IMG/VR virus record: IMGVR_UViG_3300021356_000797
Location: 39,841 to 103,840 of that record
Origin: a virus
Length of the DNA stretch: 64,000 nucleotides
Strand: one strand, 5' to 3'
This document shows, in pieces, positions 28,701 through 37,775 of this stretch. Below the pieces are notes generated by a model, which made no database searches, was not told where the DNA came from, and saw only the letters and a list, made by a program, of their open reading frames with translations. Both the position numbers and the translations under genes were made by a program. Each line of letters starts with the position of its first letter. Position 1 is the first letter of the stretch.

Positions 28701-31538
28701 AAGATTGAGGCCATTGATATTGATAAAGATGGTAATCTTAAATACAATTTGGATGCCCTTCCTGCAGCAGCAGAGATGGAAAAGATTCTGAATGGTGTTG
28801 TAAACAGAAGACTTATTAGAGCTAAGCTTAAAGGTGAGTCTTTGGTTCAGGTTGCATCTACAGGATTTGAGAAAGTAGAGTCTTCAAATGATCTAAGATT
28901 TTACAGACCTGGACAAGCTGCTCAAGTAAAGATTGCCCTACAAGGAGACTTTACTAAGCTGTTGCTAATGAATCATCCAGATGGTGATAAAATTGGTAGT
29001 CTAGAGCGTCTCAATGCTTTGCTTAAAGATGAGACTTGGGTAAAGAAAAACCAAAAGCTTATTACTATTACCGGTGTACGTATTCCTGTACAGGGTCTTA
29101 ACTCTATGGAGCTATTTGAAGTAGCAGAGTTTTTACCGCCTGCAGCTGGTAATGTTATTGTAGTACCAACTGAAATGGTAGCTAAGGCTGGATCTGATTT
29201 TGACATTGATAAGCTTACAATGTACTACCCTACAATATTTGCAGCTAAAAAATCTAAGGGTAAAAAAGCAGAGATTCTTGATGACAAGCTTATTAATAAT
29301 CTGCTTGAGCAAATAGGAGAAGCTCCACTAACACAACTGGAAGCTTCTGAGTACACAGTAGGTTTAGATAATAACGGATCTAGTAAGTTTAAGAATAACA
29401 TTATATCACTAGCTAGAGATATCTTGTTGCATCCTGATAACTTTACTAAACTGATTAGACCTATTGCAACAGATTTGGTTAAGGAAAATTCAGAAGCTTA
29501 TAAAGAACTAGAAGTTAGTGAAGAAGATTTAGCTAAGTCTGCAGTATTAGACTACAGTTACAACCTTAAGAAGCAGCAAGAAAATTCTGTTGGTAAAAGA
29601 GCGTTGGGTATTAGTGCTAAGGGTAATACCTATAACACAATGTTCCAAAAATTATCAGATGGTTTGGCAAATGAGTTTGCATACCATTCAGACTTTAAGG
29701 CCTTTTATGGTGTTCCTTTTGTAACTTTAGATATGGCTGACAGAGCCTATGATGAAAAAGGAGTATCTGTTAAGTATACTGTATTTAGACAATCTGATAT
29801 AGCATTCCCTTTTGGTAAGATTGGTGACTTAAAAGATTCAGAAGGCAAACATTACAAGTCAGATATTATATCTCAAATTATCAACGGTCACGTAGACGTT
29901 GCTAGTGATTCATGGATCTTTAATATTTCTGCAGATGATGTAACTACACCATACTTACTTAACCTTATTGACTTAGGTGTAAACTATGATTATGCAGTAA
30001 GATTATTAAATCATCCTTTGATTAGAGAATACCTAGATACTTACAAAGCATTTAAGAAGAGTGAGTTGACAAGAGCTGTTTCTCCAAAGATGATGGAGGA
30101 CTATACGGTAATTAAAATTCTTCTTGAAAAGCATCTTAATGAAGATTACGTGGCAGTTGCTGCACTGCGGGATAAGAAAACTGGTATGATTAGACTAGGA
30201 CCAGATGGTAAACCAATGCTAAAAACTCCTAGTACTAGCGAATTATTTAGCATAGTTGATGCTAATAAAGCTACTAAAACTTTAACGGTAGATGAGCTAA
30301 AAGATCCTTCAAGTGTAAAACCTCTTATGGAGTTTATGAAGTTTGTGTATTACTCTAAACCTCTTAAAGCTGTAAGGTTAAGTACAGATGTAGATACAGG
30401 AAGAAAAGCGGCTAGCTTTATACAAGCTGCATCTGAATCAGAGAATATATTTAAGTTAGAATCAAGCCCTATTACAGGACCATTAGTTACAGAGTTATTG
30501 TCTAAGAATGTTTTAGGAACTTTTGTGGATGTTAAAAATTTCCAAATGACTGCTTTCCAAAAGCTGTTTGGATTTAGAGCGGATCCTCTCTTTATGAAGG
30601 CCTTAAATACAGTTGTAAACGATACAGACCTAGCTTATGATAAAGAGGCAAGAGAAGTATTTGTTAAGGCTAAAACTAATGGGTTTGTATCTCATTTAAT
30701 TGATAAGATTAACTTCCCATATACTGCAGATAATTTTAGTAAAGTAAAGTCTTACAAAGGTATTCCTGTAAACTTTGTAAAATTTGAGGGGGATCTTAAA
30801 AAGAATTATGCACTATCAAAAGACGGTGTTATTAATATAGATCTAGCTGTTTTCCAGAGCTATGTTAGAGGTACTATGAGTAAGTATTCTCTTACTCAAA
30901 ATCAAGTTTATTCTTTCTTATTAGAATCAGAATATATAAAGGCTACATCTAACCTTACAGGACAAGAAGCTCTTGATCAAGCTTTGTATAATATTGTAGC
31001 GCCTACACATCTTACTGACTTTACTAATCCTAATAGTGTAGCTCAGAAGTTCCAAGAGATGATGGCTGATCAATCTGCCATAGAAGCATTAGAGGGCTAC
31101 AGTATTACTGATGATCTTATTATTTATGACTACCAAGGAGGTAAGATGGTAGGTATTAAAACAGATAGGGCTAATGTAGAAGACATGGAACGTTACCATG
31201 CGGAGATAAAGCTTCTTCAAGAATCTACTAATTCTTTGGTGCGTGAGTTCTTTACAAGATTACCTGAAGTAGTAATGTCTGTAGAAGGATTTAAGAATGG
31301 TCCGTTCTCACTAATTAATGTTGTACCGTTTGATCAAATCTCTAGGAAAGCTGACCTAGCTATCAGAGAGTATCAAGCTTTAAGTGAGGAAGAAAAGCAA
31401 TTCTTAATTAATGATTATCTTAGTAATGAGCCTGTTGCTGTTGAAGATACCATAGTAACTGAAGAAATGTCAGAAAAAACTATTGAGTTAATGACTGACA
31501 AAGAAGTAGAAGAATTTATTAAAAAGTGTAAAGCATAA
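22749..31538 (+). CDS. Virion-packaged DNA-dependent RNA polymerase (phi14:2 gp66-like) with N-terminal zincin domain
   Basis: 'RIPVQGLNSM...GSDFDIDKL' (DFDID at 29196-29210) is the crAss-type catalytic motif; HEGWH at 24816-24830; 2929 aa. Confidence 0.9.
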   Translation: MAFCNIKTKQAQGLANIIAKDVANKRNAGTPYNVEEAMRNVYNLMIENGQDKDRAVTMAALVPKAVIAQVGQYAPNGAYLAPILGKVGELVSKATDFNSVIEVMGLQEEFAEKLNDVEQAQNNEIDVESQPQSVELPKVELVGGIPLVDSGLSTTVLEIGDAEGDPAVKANGEFIRKFIRLGQLQSKNFSEAYVLDKISTYKLALVSSTKIPQESRVKADVYGPVVYAFIDSQGRIVTDENGHTPHAFVRPVEKTEDGYVFRKEKSTSRLQINKTNANNLGLTLEQFEKKIKAEASFLNNAARRISSSPDTIIPLEAVRGTLGVIANAKSVPLKSIPDFQQEFLLPEGIGSGTGRIANVSTLNKDGKVNVYQAFVFQYPGYDYTLQANGLLLRDTEYAPAIKEILLSNDYTPLQKKNLLFNILQKNVLDFADTGVKIPYYGPNSKGIMVVKGKKAIDLSKPEEAAKLVDDYINRAYVNVPIDSNQQYEFDGPVLVSTSSKNKTFLEGEDGTRYEFENVVSKYEVGKIQMVNHIYNNFRVYAPTDSKGNLITPSPVITYKAPIEEALATPEVFQEESVEQIQEELKLLKSEQAEGSASLEDILNQIPEDMPSDMNKVFGRKRTSLDKVDTLSSEATAKQIAEAKAWFESSPLSKVIPVEKWFEIVNSGKVAEFTANAIKLFAGSNYTDLYHEGWHGFSQLFLTKAEKVALYKEVRKLHGNITFLEAEELLAEDFRKYRLSNGTMVMDKSPAKRSIFKKILDFLRALFGNTETKVQYREMVAQEKALQVIKESYDMLYRGEFEERKPNIDNSFFLTLNKGVEGADGKALSAKDSKDISDAMDSIVAGIIRDYSSSPKEVLNKEGALQSLYNTVKFRLRVQLKLASSASKVEDYTKLSKEAKSDFIEQEFKSILDKFEDVGLRDENKSYILSQAEIVLSKPVDKNAYYSLGLALTNFGDTATLKDNAESTMLGYHFKTSRYLESLAKSEDITDLLELDIVDSADDYMSFYDKGGNEVSVKDLADNSVLYAVRSMRQYDKSGKVIKDRFGYDKLADFGKSWNRLSTILRESYSIEDMLDRVNSESFKNKAFQDLQTVLGKNAEAKDDYKFRMQTSFWQAFNKAFVPIYVAYTTTVLSDKGELQQPLSIRVKRAEGEVSSVEKDLTRKFQANKSLPNTSQVNGTRVLNVTKVLEKYKGITAENVVEFYKDMGVLPNELESSTVNFLLSGNILVNTNSMVVNLNKLAASKEADLTTANPINFLSTDQGLFRGMRSTIKNIVEQYGASVGDTGSSRKLTAERTTQFESSLNSRATKIVQLLNGVEKNLDELLNSPATANLHPDNNPAMATNPIMRSLFIMDKEAPGYKSRKTSKNLYLFNVSGMTTDVSVVKYDKNTGADVPISNTIRGTKNISLDEYTKLNQDIHTLFVQGYVENVRASDKSTSLAWKVSGESAYITPADVINKTYLSKATRAVVNMLAGEMATIAKYADAELNVFDAKGNPIKMDSWQIFADVTDNEGNVIKENLLVNPATKAKLNKIIKSGKTDANEIAKEILKEDSGLREEIEKGLRRKIKEELQNLTAVFEKNVELVGKGMAVSKELRSKISQRAALPKDRKTLETAILTAFITETFIRNEAFFSIANGSLASYRSADDTIKRNTTTSTGNLFRSDQAAQAYITAQGRLLEASYSRRTGKPVMPRDYTGVLRTAILKEMTIDGKELNSEWYALAEEAFKADGFSQQEVDSILEAYRSMDEADAQAYITMDTYRQLSIASDEWTQEQEYMYNKLVAGENINNPQQYFPVRKYQYTGPLLNAGAPVQGLHKYSLFPLVPSVIQGTNLEKLNEAMMEAGIDYVTYETGSKAARVGQPVEAFVINKETGERTVPEQTVESFKENVNLIHTDFLRDQLRINSQFKGSATFSTQFRKLLADGIYENGVAKNKELAKANEAFLKNIDDLIAYETALLEKEIDTKDKLVALIKRELERRDVEDYKIEAIDIDKDGNLKYNLDALPAAAEMEKILNGVVNRRLIRAKLKGESLVQVASTGFEKVESSNDLRFYRPGQAAQVKIALQGDFTKLLLMNHPDGDKIGSLERLNALLKDETWVKKNQKLITITGVRIPVQGLNSMELFEVAEFLPPAAGNVIVVPTEMVAKAGSDFDIDKLTMYYPTIFAAKKSKGKKAEILDDKLINNLLEQIGEAPLTQLEASEYTVGLDNNGSSKFKNNIISLARDILLHPDNFTKLIRPIATDLVKENSEAYKELEVSEEDLAKSAVLDYSYNLKKQQENSVGKRALGISAKGNTYNTMFQKLSDGLANEFAYHSDFKAFYGVPFVTLDMADRAYDEKGVSVKYTVFRQSDIAFPFGKIGDLKDSEGKHYKSDIISQIINGHVDVASDSWIFNISADDVTTPYLLNLIDLGVNYDYAVRLLNHPLIREYLDTYKAFKKSELTRAVSPKMMEDYTVIKILLEKHLNEDYVAVAALRDKKTGMIRLGPDGKPMLKTPSTSELFSIVDANKATKTLTVDELKDPSSVKPLMEFMKFVYYSKPLKAVRLSTDVDTGRKAASFIQAASESENIFKLESSPITGPLVTELLSKNVLGTFVDVKNFQMTAFQKLFGFRADPLFMKALNTVVNDTDLAYDKEAREVFVKAKTNGFVSHLIDKINFPYTADNFSKVKSYKGIPVNFVKFEGDLKKNYALSKDGVINIDLAVFQSYVRGTMSKYSLTQNQVYSFLLESEYIKATSNLTGQEALDQALYNIVAPTHLTDFTNPNSVAQKFQEMMADQSAIEALEGYSITDDLIIYDYQGGKMVGIKTDRANVEDMERYHAEIKLLQESTNSLVREFFTRLPEVVMSVEGFKNGPFSLINVVPFDQISRKADLAIREYQALSEEEKQFLINDYLSNEPVAVEDTIVTEEMSEKTIELMTDKEVEEFIKKCKA

Positions 31539-34500
31539 TGCAAGCGTGTCCTAATGTATCATCTCCTCAGTGGAGACAGCTAGTAAGTGTTGTAGGTGAA
31601 ATGGAAGCTTATAGAGACTTTATGACTCATGGTACTATCCGTGATGTTGCCTCTGTACTAATGTCTGTTAAATCTAGAACTCCAGAACAGAATGCTAAAA
31701 TCCAAAGAGCCAGTAGTATTATTGAGAATTCTATTGTAGAATTAAATAACACAATGGCGGCGGCAGGTTTACATAAGTTAGCTGGAGAGATCTCTAATAA
31801 TCTTGGGGTAGCCTATGAGACTGTTAGTGTACAGGATGCATATGAAATTCTTCAAGAAGCAGATACTAAGTACAATGGAGAGCCTTCATTCTTCTATCAG
31901 GGTAAAGTCTACTTTGTAAATGCAATCCTTAATAAGGACATGGTTCTGCATGAGTTTTCTCATCCATTGGTAAGAGCTATTAAGAATGATAATCCAGCTT
32001 TATTTGATAAGCTTTATCAAGAAGCTATGACTACTCCAGGAGTAGCAGATATTATTAGTGAGAAATATTCTGATCAATCTGTAGAAGCTCAGCAGGAAGA
32101 AGCTATTGTAAGAGCAATGGCTTTAGCTAAACCAGAGGGGGGCTTTTGGAAAAGAATTGCATACGCTTTAAAGCAGCTACTAAGAAAGGTATTTGGAAGA
32201 CAGGTTAAGGTTAGTAATCTATCAAAGGATACTACACTTGCTGATCTATTTCAAATGATGCAGACTGAAGAGTTTAACATTGACTTTATAGATAGCAGCA
32301 ATGATAATGTAGTAGGCTTTATTAGAGAGCAAAAGACCCTTAATGATTTTCTAGCTAATGAGGCTAGTTCACCTAAAATAGAAATCTTACTTCAAGATCT
32401 GCAGACATTAAATAATCATGCTGCAAGATTGGTAGAAGATCCTCAAGTTGAAAAAGCTATTGGTGAGTTTTTAGAAACAGAAGGAGGACGTTATATTTTT
32501 GATGAGATAGCAAGAGAACTGGGTAAGTCTAAACAGTTTAATAAAGAAGCTGAAAAGTATATTAAAAATGAAAGACCAATGCCTGCTGATTTAGCATCAT
32601 TGGTATTAACTAGAAACCTAAATGTACTCTCTAATAGTATTGCTCAGCTTGATGTACTATTAAAAAATCTTGGTGAAGCTAGTGTGAAGCTTAGTAGTGA
32701 TCCAAGTCAAGCAGAACTTATAGAGACTCAAGCTATTTATAAAATAGTACAGGGTATTCAAGTATGGGCTGGTAGTCTAGAATCATTGATGAGAGAAAAT
32801 AAAGTTCCTCCGGGTAATGAAGTTAGACAAGAGGTTGGACGTATTGGTCTAACAGCTCAAGAAATTGAAGCAGAGGTTAGAGATATATTCAAAGAGTTTG
32901 CTATTGACTTCTTGTATGAAGAAAATTCAGATATAAGAGAACAGTTAGAAGCTTACTATGATGAGAAGTTAGCTCAGCTCAAAAAGGAAAAAGCCGCAGG
33001 TAATAATGTAGATTCTAGAATTAAAAGACTTCAAAAGCAGAGATCAGAAAAGCTTTTGACTAGAGAGAATCTAAGAAAGATTTTATCAGGGGAACTTGGT
33101 GATATTAATATTGCTGGAGCAATGCTTGAGAACTTCTTGCAAAGTCCAGATCCAGTAATTGGTGGTTTTGCATCTTGGTATAGAAGACAAGCTTACAAGG
33201 CTCAAACAAAAATGCAAGCTCAAACTAATGAGTTTATACAAAAGGTTTTACCTGTATTAAAGGAGGCTGGTTATAATCCAAACAATCCTCAATCATTCTT
33301 CAGACAGATTTTGTTCCTTGATAAAACTGTGAGGATGAAAGCTACTGAGGATGAAATTATTGGAGAAGAAACTTATCAATTAGAAGAGTATGAGGTATAC
33401 ACTCTTTTAAATCCTTACAAGAATTACTTAGCTGACAGAAAGATTCTTCAGGAGAAAATTGAAAGAGCTCAGATTATTGATGATGTAAAAGCTCTGCAGG
33501 ATCTCTATCAACAAAGAGAGGAGATGGATAAGAACTTCCATAGAAGATACACTAAAACTTATTACGATGCCTTTGAAGAGTACAATACTCCTGTAGGTAA
33601 AATTGCCCGTCAAAAACTGGATGACCTTTATAATGAGTTAACTCAGATAGATGATGAGATTAATGGATATGATGATATAGACATTACGGATGAAGACTTT
33701 ACAAGAAAGAAGTTGGTGCTTAGAGAAATCCGTCAGCTTTATTCTGAAGTAGATATCTATGGTAATAAGAAGAAAGGGGAAGATCTTGAGATTGCTCAGC
33801 TACTTAAAAGAGTTAGAGAAAAGAGTCAAGACTTTTATGAGTATAATGAGATTCCGGGTTTATTTGATGTTGCATATAATAACTTTTTAGAAAGTATTCA
33901 GGATGTAGAGTTTGGCTCTGAAGAGTATGATACTCTTATTAATGACTGGTTGGAAAGTAACACAGAGGTTGCAGTAACAGATGATTACTTTGCGTTGGTA
34001 GATCAAATCCTTACAGAAATAGAAGACCTACAAAAACAACTAGGTATGGAAAGTGAGTCTGTTAAAAAGACTTACGATACCATTAGGGACATCAGTAAAG
34101 GTTTCCGTGATTCTAGTAATGAGGTAGAGGCTACAGCTATTACTCCAGAAGCACAGAAGAAAGTAAAAGATCTTCAGCAGAAGTTGCTAAACTTTAGAGC
34201 TGAGATGGTTAAACTTAATGGACTTACTCAGGCAGAGAGTGATAGGTTAACGGAACTTTTAGAAAAGAAAAACAAAGAAGGAAGAATAGATAGAGATGAA
34301 ATGCTAGAGATCCGTTCTTTGTTTGACAAGAAAAAAGCACAGGGTAAAGATCCTGCGTTACTTAAAAGATTGTTTGCACTATATGCTACACTATCAGAGT
34401 TAAGACAAACAGAACCTACTCAATACTACGCAGATGCTATTAGTGCACACCTTTCTAGAATTAAATCAGAAGGTACAGTGCCTGGATTATTTGGTGGAGC

Positions 34501-36955
34501 TTTTGCATTAGCAGACAAACTAGTGCTTACCAAGTCAGATGTTACAGAGCTAATGGAGGATTCTATCTTTGTTAATACTATCATGCAAGATAGAGAGTTT
34601 GCTAAGTGGTATAACCGCAATCATATTGTTAACAAGAAGAAAGGTACTGTTGAACGTACAGCTCTGTGGAATGTAAAACGTCCTGCAGATAGTCAATTCT
34701 ATAAGACAATGGTTCTTCCTACTGGAGAAGAAATCATGAGGGTTCCTAATAGAACTTTCCAAGAGAGAGTTATAAAGGAGGAATATATTAATGATAGAGT
34801 AATAGGTGAAACTGTTGATGTATGGGGTAACTATTTACCTGATCTTTCTGTTAAGAATAATCCTTATAGAAACGATGAATACTTTAAGTTGAAGAAAGAA
34901 AATCCTTCAATGTTTAAAGCACTGAAAGCACTTTCTGATTGGCATTTATCTAAACAAGAAGGCCTTAATGTAACAGCTAGATTAGGATACCAGATTCCTA
35001 GATTTAGACCGGATAGATTAGAAAGACTTCAAGAGCTTAGTAAAGCGGGAGCTCTAGGTAAAGCTATTGATGATGCTAAAGAAAAAGTTTTAGAGAGTGT
35101 AGATGATATACAAGAAGGTTACAACTTTGACCAAAGACAGTTAGCAACATTTGGTATTATTGATGATAGCTTATCTGAAATTCCTATTTATGGTGTAGCT
35201 AAGTTAGATAGCCCTAACGTTTCTCTTAATGTTATGGATAGCATTCTTAGATATAATAGTTCTGCTATTATGCAAGAGATGCATATTGAAACAAGCCCTA
35301 TTGCTCAAATGCTAATGAGTGTTGTAGAAGGTGTAGATGAGAGTACTAGCTTAAAAGATCTTACTAAGATAGATAGACAAATGCTTAAGAGAACTGGTCA
35401 GGTTGTAAACAGATCTTATAAAAAGATTTCTAAGTATGACTCAATCAGATCTATGGCTCTTACAGCATTCTACGAGAGAGAATATTTGGGTAAGCGTCAT
35501 GCTGAAACACCAATAGATAGAGCTGCTCCAGGTTTTAGAAAAGGTTATAGGTCTGCCCAAAAGCTTACAGGTATGGCAATGAGGTTAGCTTCTACATCTT
35601 TCTTTGCTGTAAACATTCCGTCCGCATTAAAGAACCGTTTTGCAGCTGTATTACAGAATAATGTTGAAGCGGTAGCTGGTGAAGTAATGACACCAGAAGG
35701 ATTCTTGAAAGGTAAAGTAATGGCTAAAAAAGCTATTGCTCAAATTAGTTCTACAATTACTTCAGATAAAGTAAGAGGTAAGCACGTTCAGATTGCGCAG
35801 ATCTTTGATATTGATGGGCAGTTGGATAAGCAGAGAGGCGCTGTATCAAGAACGTTTGCAAGAGATGCAGTATCACTAAGCTGGTTGTTCTCTCCACGTA
35901 AGTTATTACAGATGGATGGTACTCTAGAGCTATTGTATGGAATGCTACATAGTAAAACTATAGAGCTTAAAGATGGATCTAGAGTTACATTGGGGGATGC
36001 ACTAGAACTTAAAGATGGTCAACTACAAGTAAGACCTGATACTAAAGAAGACTGGTCACTAACTAGTGATAACTTTATTAAGTTCCGTATTCTATACCAA
36101 GGTAAAATGAATAGGCTTCAGGGTACTTACGATGCTATTGATCAACCTTTATTTGCTAGATATCTTGTAGGTAGAATGATGTTGTTCCTTAGAAAGTATT
36201 TTATTTCTATGTTCATGCACAGATTTGCAAGTGCAAGAATTCAGTATGATACTAGACAGATGGAAGAAGGATACTACAGATCTGGTCTAAGATTTGTAAG
36301 CAATCTTGTAAAAGCTTTTATTAATCAGTCTAGACATGGAGGTCCCTTTGCAGAGTTTGATAGAAACACTGCTTTAGAAAGACAAGGTGCTAAAAGAATG
36401 GGAGCAGATATGTTACAACAGATAGTTCTTTTAACTGCTTATAAAGCATTGATGAAAGTTCTATTTGGATATGATCCTGAATCAGATGATGATGATGAAA
36501 GAAAAACGGCATTGTTACGTAGAGGATCAGGGGCCCTGCCGTTACCTTTAACGAGTTCTAAATATGATTACAATCCTGTTGGCTGGTTCCAGCTGCATGC
36601 TATTAATCAAATGATGCAGGTACATCAAGAAGCTGCTACATTTACACCCCTAGCTTTAGATGGAAGCTCTCCATTAGCAGGATCTATATTAGAAATGTTT
36701 ACGTCTCCATATAGCGCTATTGCAGCACCAACAGTTAGTAGAGGTATGGATATATATAGTTTAGGAAGAAAGACTATGAGAGGTGATAGAGGAGCTTATT
36801 ATACTCGTGATGTAGGTCCATGGATGTGGCAAAAGCAGGGGTCAAGTAAGATGGCTGCAGAAACTTTAAAATTTATTGGATTAAATGGTAAGACTGTAGA
36901 TCCCGCAAATGCTATTGTTCAGTGGCAACAAGGTCAAAAGCTACGCAAGAGATAA
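31538..36955 (+). CDS. Large virion ejection protein with N-terminal zincin-like domain (crAss giant protein 3)
   Basis: HEFSH at 31949-31963 followed by 'EEAIVRA'; long helical body; 'MMLFLRKYF' C-terminal region. Confidence 0.7.
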   Translation: MQACPNVSSPQWRQLVSVVGEMEAYRDFMTHGTIRDVASVLMSVKSRTPEQNAKIQRASSIIENSIVELNNTMAAAGLHKLAGEISNNLGVAYETVSVQDAYEILQEADTKYNGEPSFFYQGKVYFVNAILNKDMVLHEFSHPLVRAIKNDNPALFDKLYQEAMTTPGVADIISEKYSDQSVEAQQEEAIVRAMALAKPEGGFWKRIAYALKQLLRKVFGRQVKVSNLSKDTTLADLFQMMQTEEFNIDFIDSSNDNVVGFIREQKTLNDFLANEASSPKIEILLQDLQTLNNHAARLVEDPQVEKAIGEFLETEGGRYIFDEIARELGKSKQFNKEAEKYIKNERPMPADLASLVLTRNLNVLSNSIAQLDVLLKNLGEASVKLSSDPSQAELIETQAIYKIVQGIQVWAGSLESLMRENKVPPGNEVRQEVGRIGLTAQEIEAEVRDIFKEFAIDFLYEENSDIREQLEAYYDEKLAQLKKEKAAGNNVDSRIKRLQKQRSEKLLTRENLRKILSGELGDINIAGAMLENFLQSPDPVIGGFASWYRRQAYKAQTKMQAQTNEFIQKVLPVLKEAGYNPNNPQSFFRQILFLDKTVRMKATEDEIIGEETYQLEEYEVYTLLNPYKNYLADRKILQEKIERAQIIDDVKALQDLYQQREEMDKNFHRRYTKTYYDAFEEYNTPVGKIARQKLDDLYNELTQIDDEINGYDDIDITDEDFTRKKLVLREIRQLYSEVDIYGNKKKGEDLEIAQLLKRVREKSQDFYEYNEIPGLFDVAYNNFLESIQDVEFGSEEYDTLINDWLESNTEVAVTDDYFALVDQILTEIEDLQKQLGMESESVKKTYDTIRDISKGFRDSSNEVEATAITPEAQKKVKDLQQKLLNFRAEMVKLNGLTQAESDRLTELLEKKNKEGRIDRDEMLEIRSLFDKKKAQGKDPALLKRLFALYATLSELRQTEPTQYYADAISAHLSRIKSEGTVPGLFGGAFALADKLVLTKSDVTELMEDSIFVNTIMQDREFAKWYNRNHIVNKKKGTVERTALWNVKRPADSQFYKTMVLPTGEEIMRVPNRTFQERVIKEEYINDRVIGETVDVWGNYLPDLSVKNNPYRNDEYFKLKKENPSMFKALKALSDWHLSKQEGLNVTARLGYQIPRFRPDRLERLQELSKAGALGKAIDDAKEKVLESVDDIQEGYNFDQRQLATFGIIDDSLSEIPIYGVAKLDSPNVSLNVMDSILRYNSSAIMQEMHIETSPIAQMLMSVVEGVDESTSLKDLTKIDRQMLKRTGQVVNRSYKKISKYDSIRSMALTAFYEREYLGKRHAETPIDRAAPGFRKGYRSAQKLTGMAMRLASTSFFAVNIPSALKNRFAAVLQNNVEAVAGEVMTPEGFLKGKVMAKKAIAQISSTITSDKVRGKHVQIAQIFDIDGQLDKQRGAVSRTFARDAVSLSWLFSPRKLLQMDGTLELLYGMLHSKTIELKDGSRVTLGDALELKDGQLQVRPDTKEDWSLTSDNFIKFRILYQGKMNRLQGTYDAIDQPLFARYLVGRMMLFLRKYFISMFMHRFASARIQYDTRQMEEGYYRSGLRFVSNLVKAFINQSRHGGPFAEFDRNTALERQGAKRMGADMLQQIVLLTAYKALMKVLFGYDPESDDDDERKTALLRRGSGALPLPLTSSKYDYNPVGWFQLHAINQMMQVHQEAATFTPLALDGSSPLAGSILEMFTSPYSAIAAPTVSRGMDIYSLGRKTMRGDRGAYYTRDVGPWMWQKQGSSKMAAETLKFIGLNGKTVDPANAIVQWQQGQKLRKR

Positions 36956-36977
36956 GATTAATATCTTACATTTTAAC

Positions 36978-37008
36978 AAGAGGGGTTTTTATAAGCCCCT
37001 CTTTTTTT
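36978..37008 (+). terminator. Rho-independent terminator after the giant-protein operon
   Basis: AAGAGGGG...CCCCTCTT stem followed by a T-run. Confidence 0.8.
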
Positions 37009-37025
37009 GTATTTTATATATATAG
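37002..37025 (+). promoter_or_regulatory. Putative phage late promoter (motif copy 4), overlapping the terminator T-tract
   Basis: TTTTTTTGTATTTTATATATATAG upstream of the lysis genes. Confidence 0.45.
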
Positions 37026-37039
37026 AACCAACAATTCAT

Positions 37040-37291
37040 ATGATGTTTAATAAATTAAAAACCAAGATCATGGCGTTTGCTGATATCTTTAAAGATGAGA
37101 ATGATTACAATGAGAAAACAATCATTGGGTTTATGTCATTTGCTGTTATGGTAATCTTTGCCGTAGCAGATTTGGTTACCGGATATGTTGGTAAGGATTT
37201 AGTTATTAACGAAGGGATCTACAACTCTTTTGTATTTATCACTTTAGGTAGTTTTGGAATTGCAGGTCTTGAAAAATTTGCAAAGAAATGA
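37040..37291 (+). CDS. Putative holin (2 TM); start at 37040 or 37070
   Basis: Two hydrophobic helices and basic C-terminus (EKFAKK); overlaps the endolysin candidate by ATGA. Confidence 0.55.
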   Translation: MMFNKLKTKIMAFADIFKDENDYNEKTIIGFMSFAVMVIFAVADLVTGYVGKDLVINEGIYNSFVFITLGSFGIAGLEKFAKK

Positions 37292-37758
37292 AATTAGAAG
37301 TATTAAGATTCAGCAGTCAGGACGACAGCACAAACGGAATTTTATTTGATGTCACAGAAGGAAGAAAGTTTTTATGCTACACTCTTGAAGATGAGTATAG
37401 GGAGACAAAAGTTATGTCTGAAACACGAATTCCTGCTGGCACATATAAGATCACTCTTAGAACGGTAGGCGGTCACCATGAAAGATACACTAAGAAATAT
37501 GGTGAAATGCACAAAGGCATGCTATGGGTACGTGATGTGCCTAATTTTAAGTGGATCCTTATTCATACTGGTAATACTGATGAACACACTGCTGGGTGCC
37601 TCCTTGTTGGTGATAGTCAACAAAGCAATCTTATCAAGAGTGATGGTTTCACAGGTTCAAGCACTCAAGCGTATAAAAGAATCTACCCTCCAATTGCTGC
37701 AGCGTTGGAAGCAGGGGAAGAAGTAACAATCACTTACATAGATTACGATACTGTATAA
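37288..37758 (+). CDS. DUF5675-family protein, putative endolysin (L,D-peptidase-like)
   Basis: 'YTLED', 'TRIPAGTY', 'VPNF..ILIHTGNT..HTAGCLLVG' with His/Cys motif. Confidence 0.75.
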   Translation: MKLEVLRFSSQDDSTNGILFDVTEGRKFLCYTLEDEYRETKVMSETRIPAGTYKITLRTVGGHHERYTKKYGEMHKGMLWVRDVPNFKWILIHTGNTDEHTAGCLLVGDSQQSNLIKSDGFTGSSTQAYKRIYPPIAAALEAGEEVTITYIDYDTV

Positions 37759-37775
37759 CAATCAATTAAATCAAC

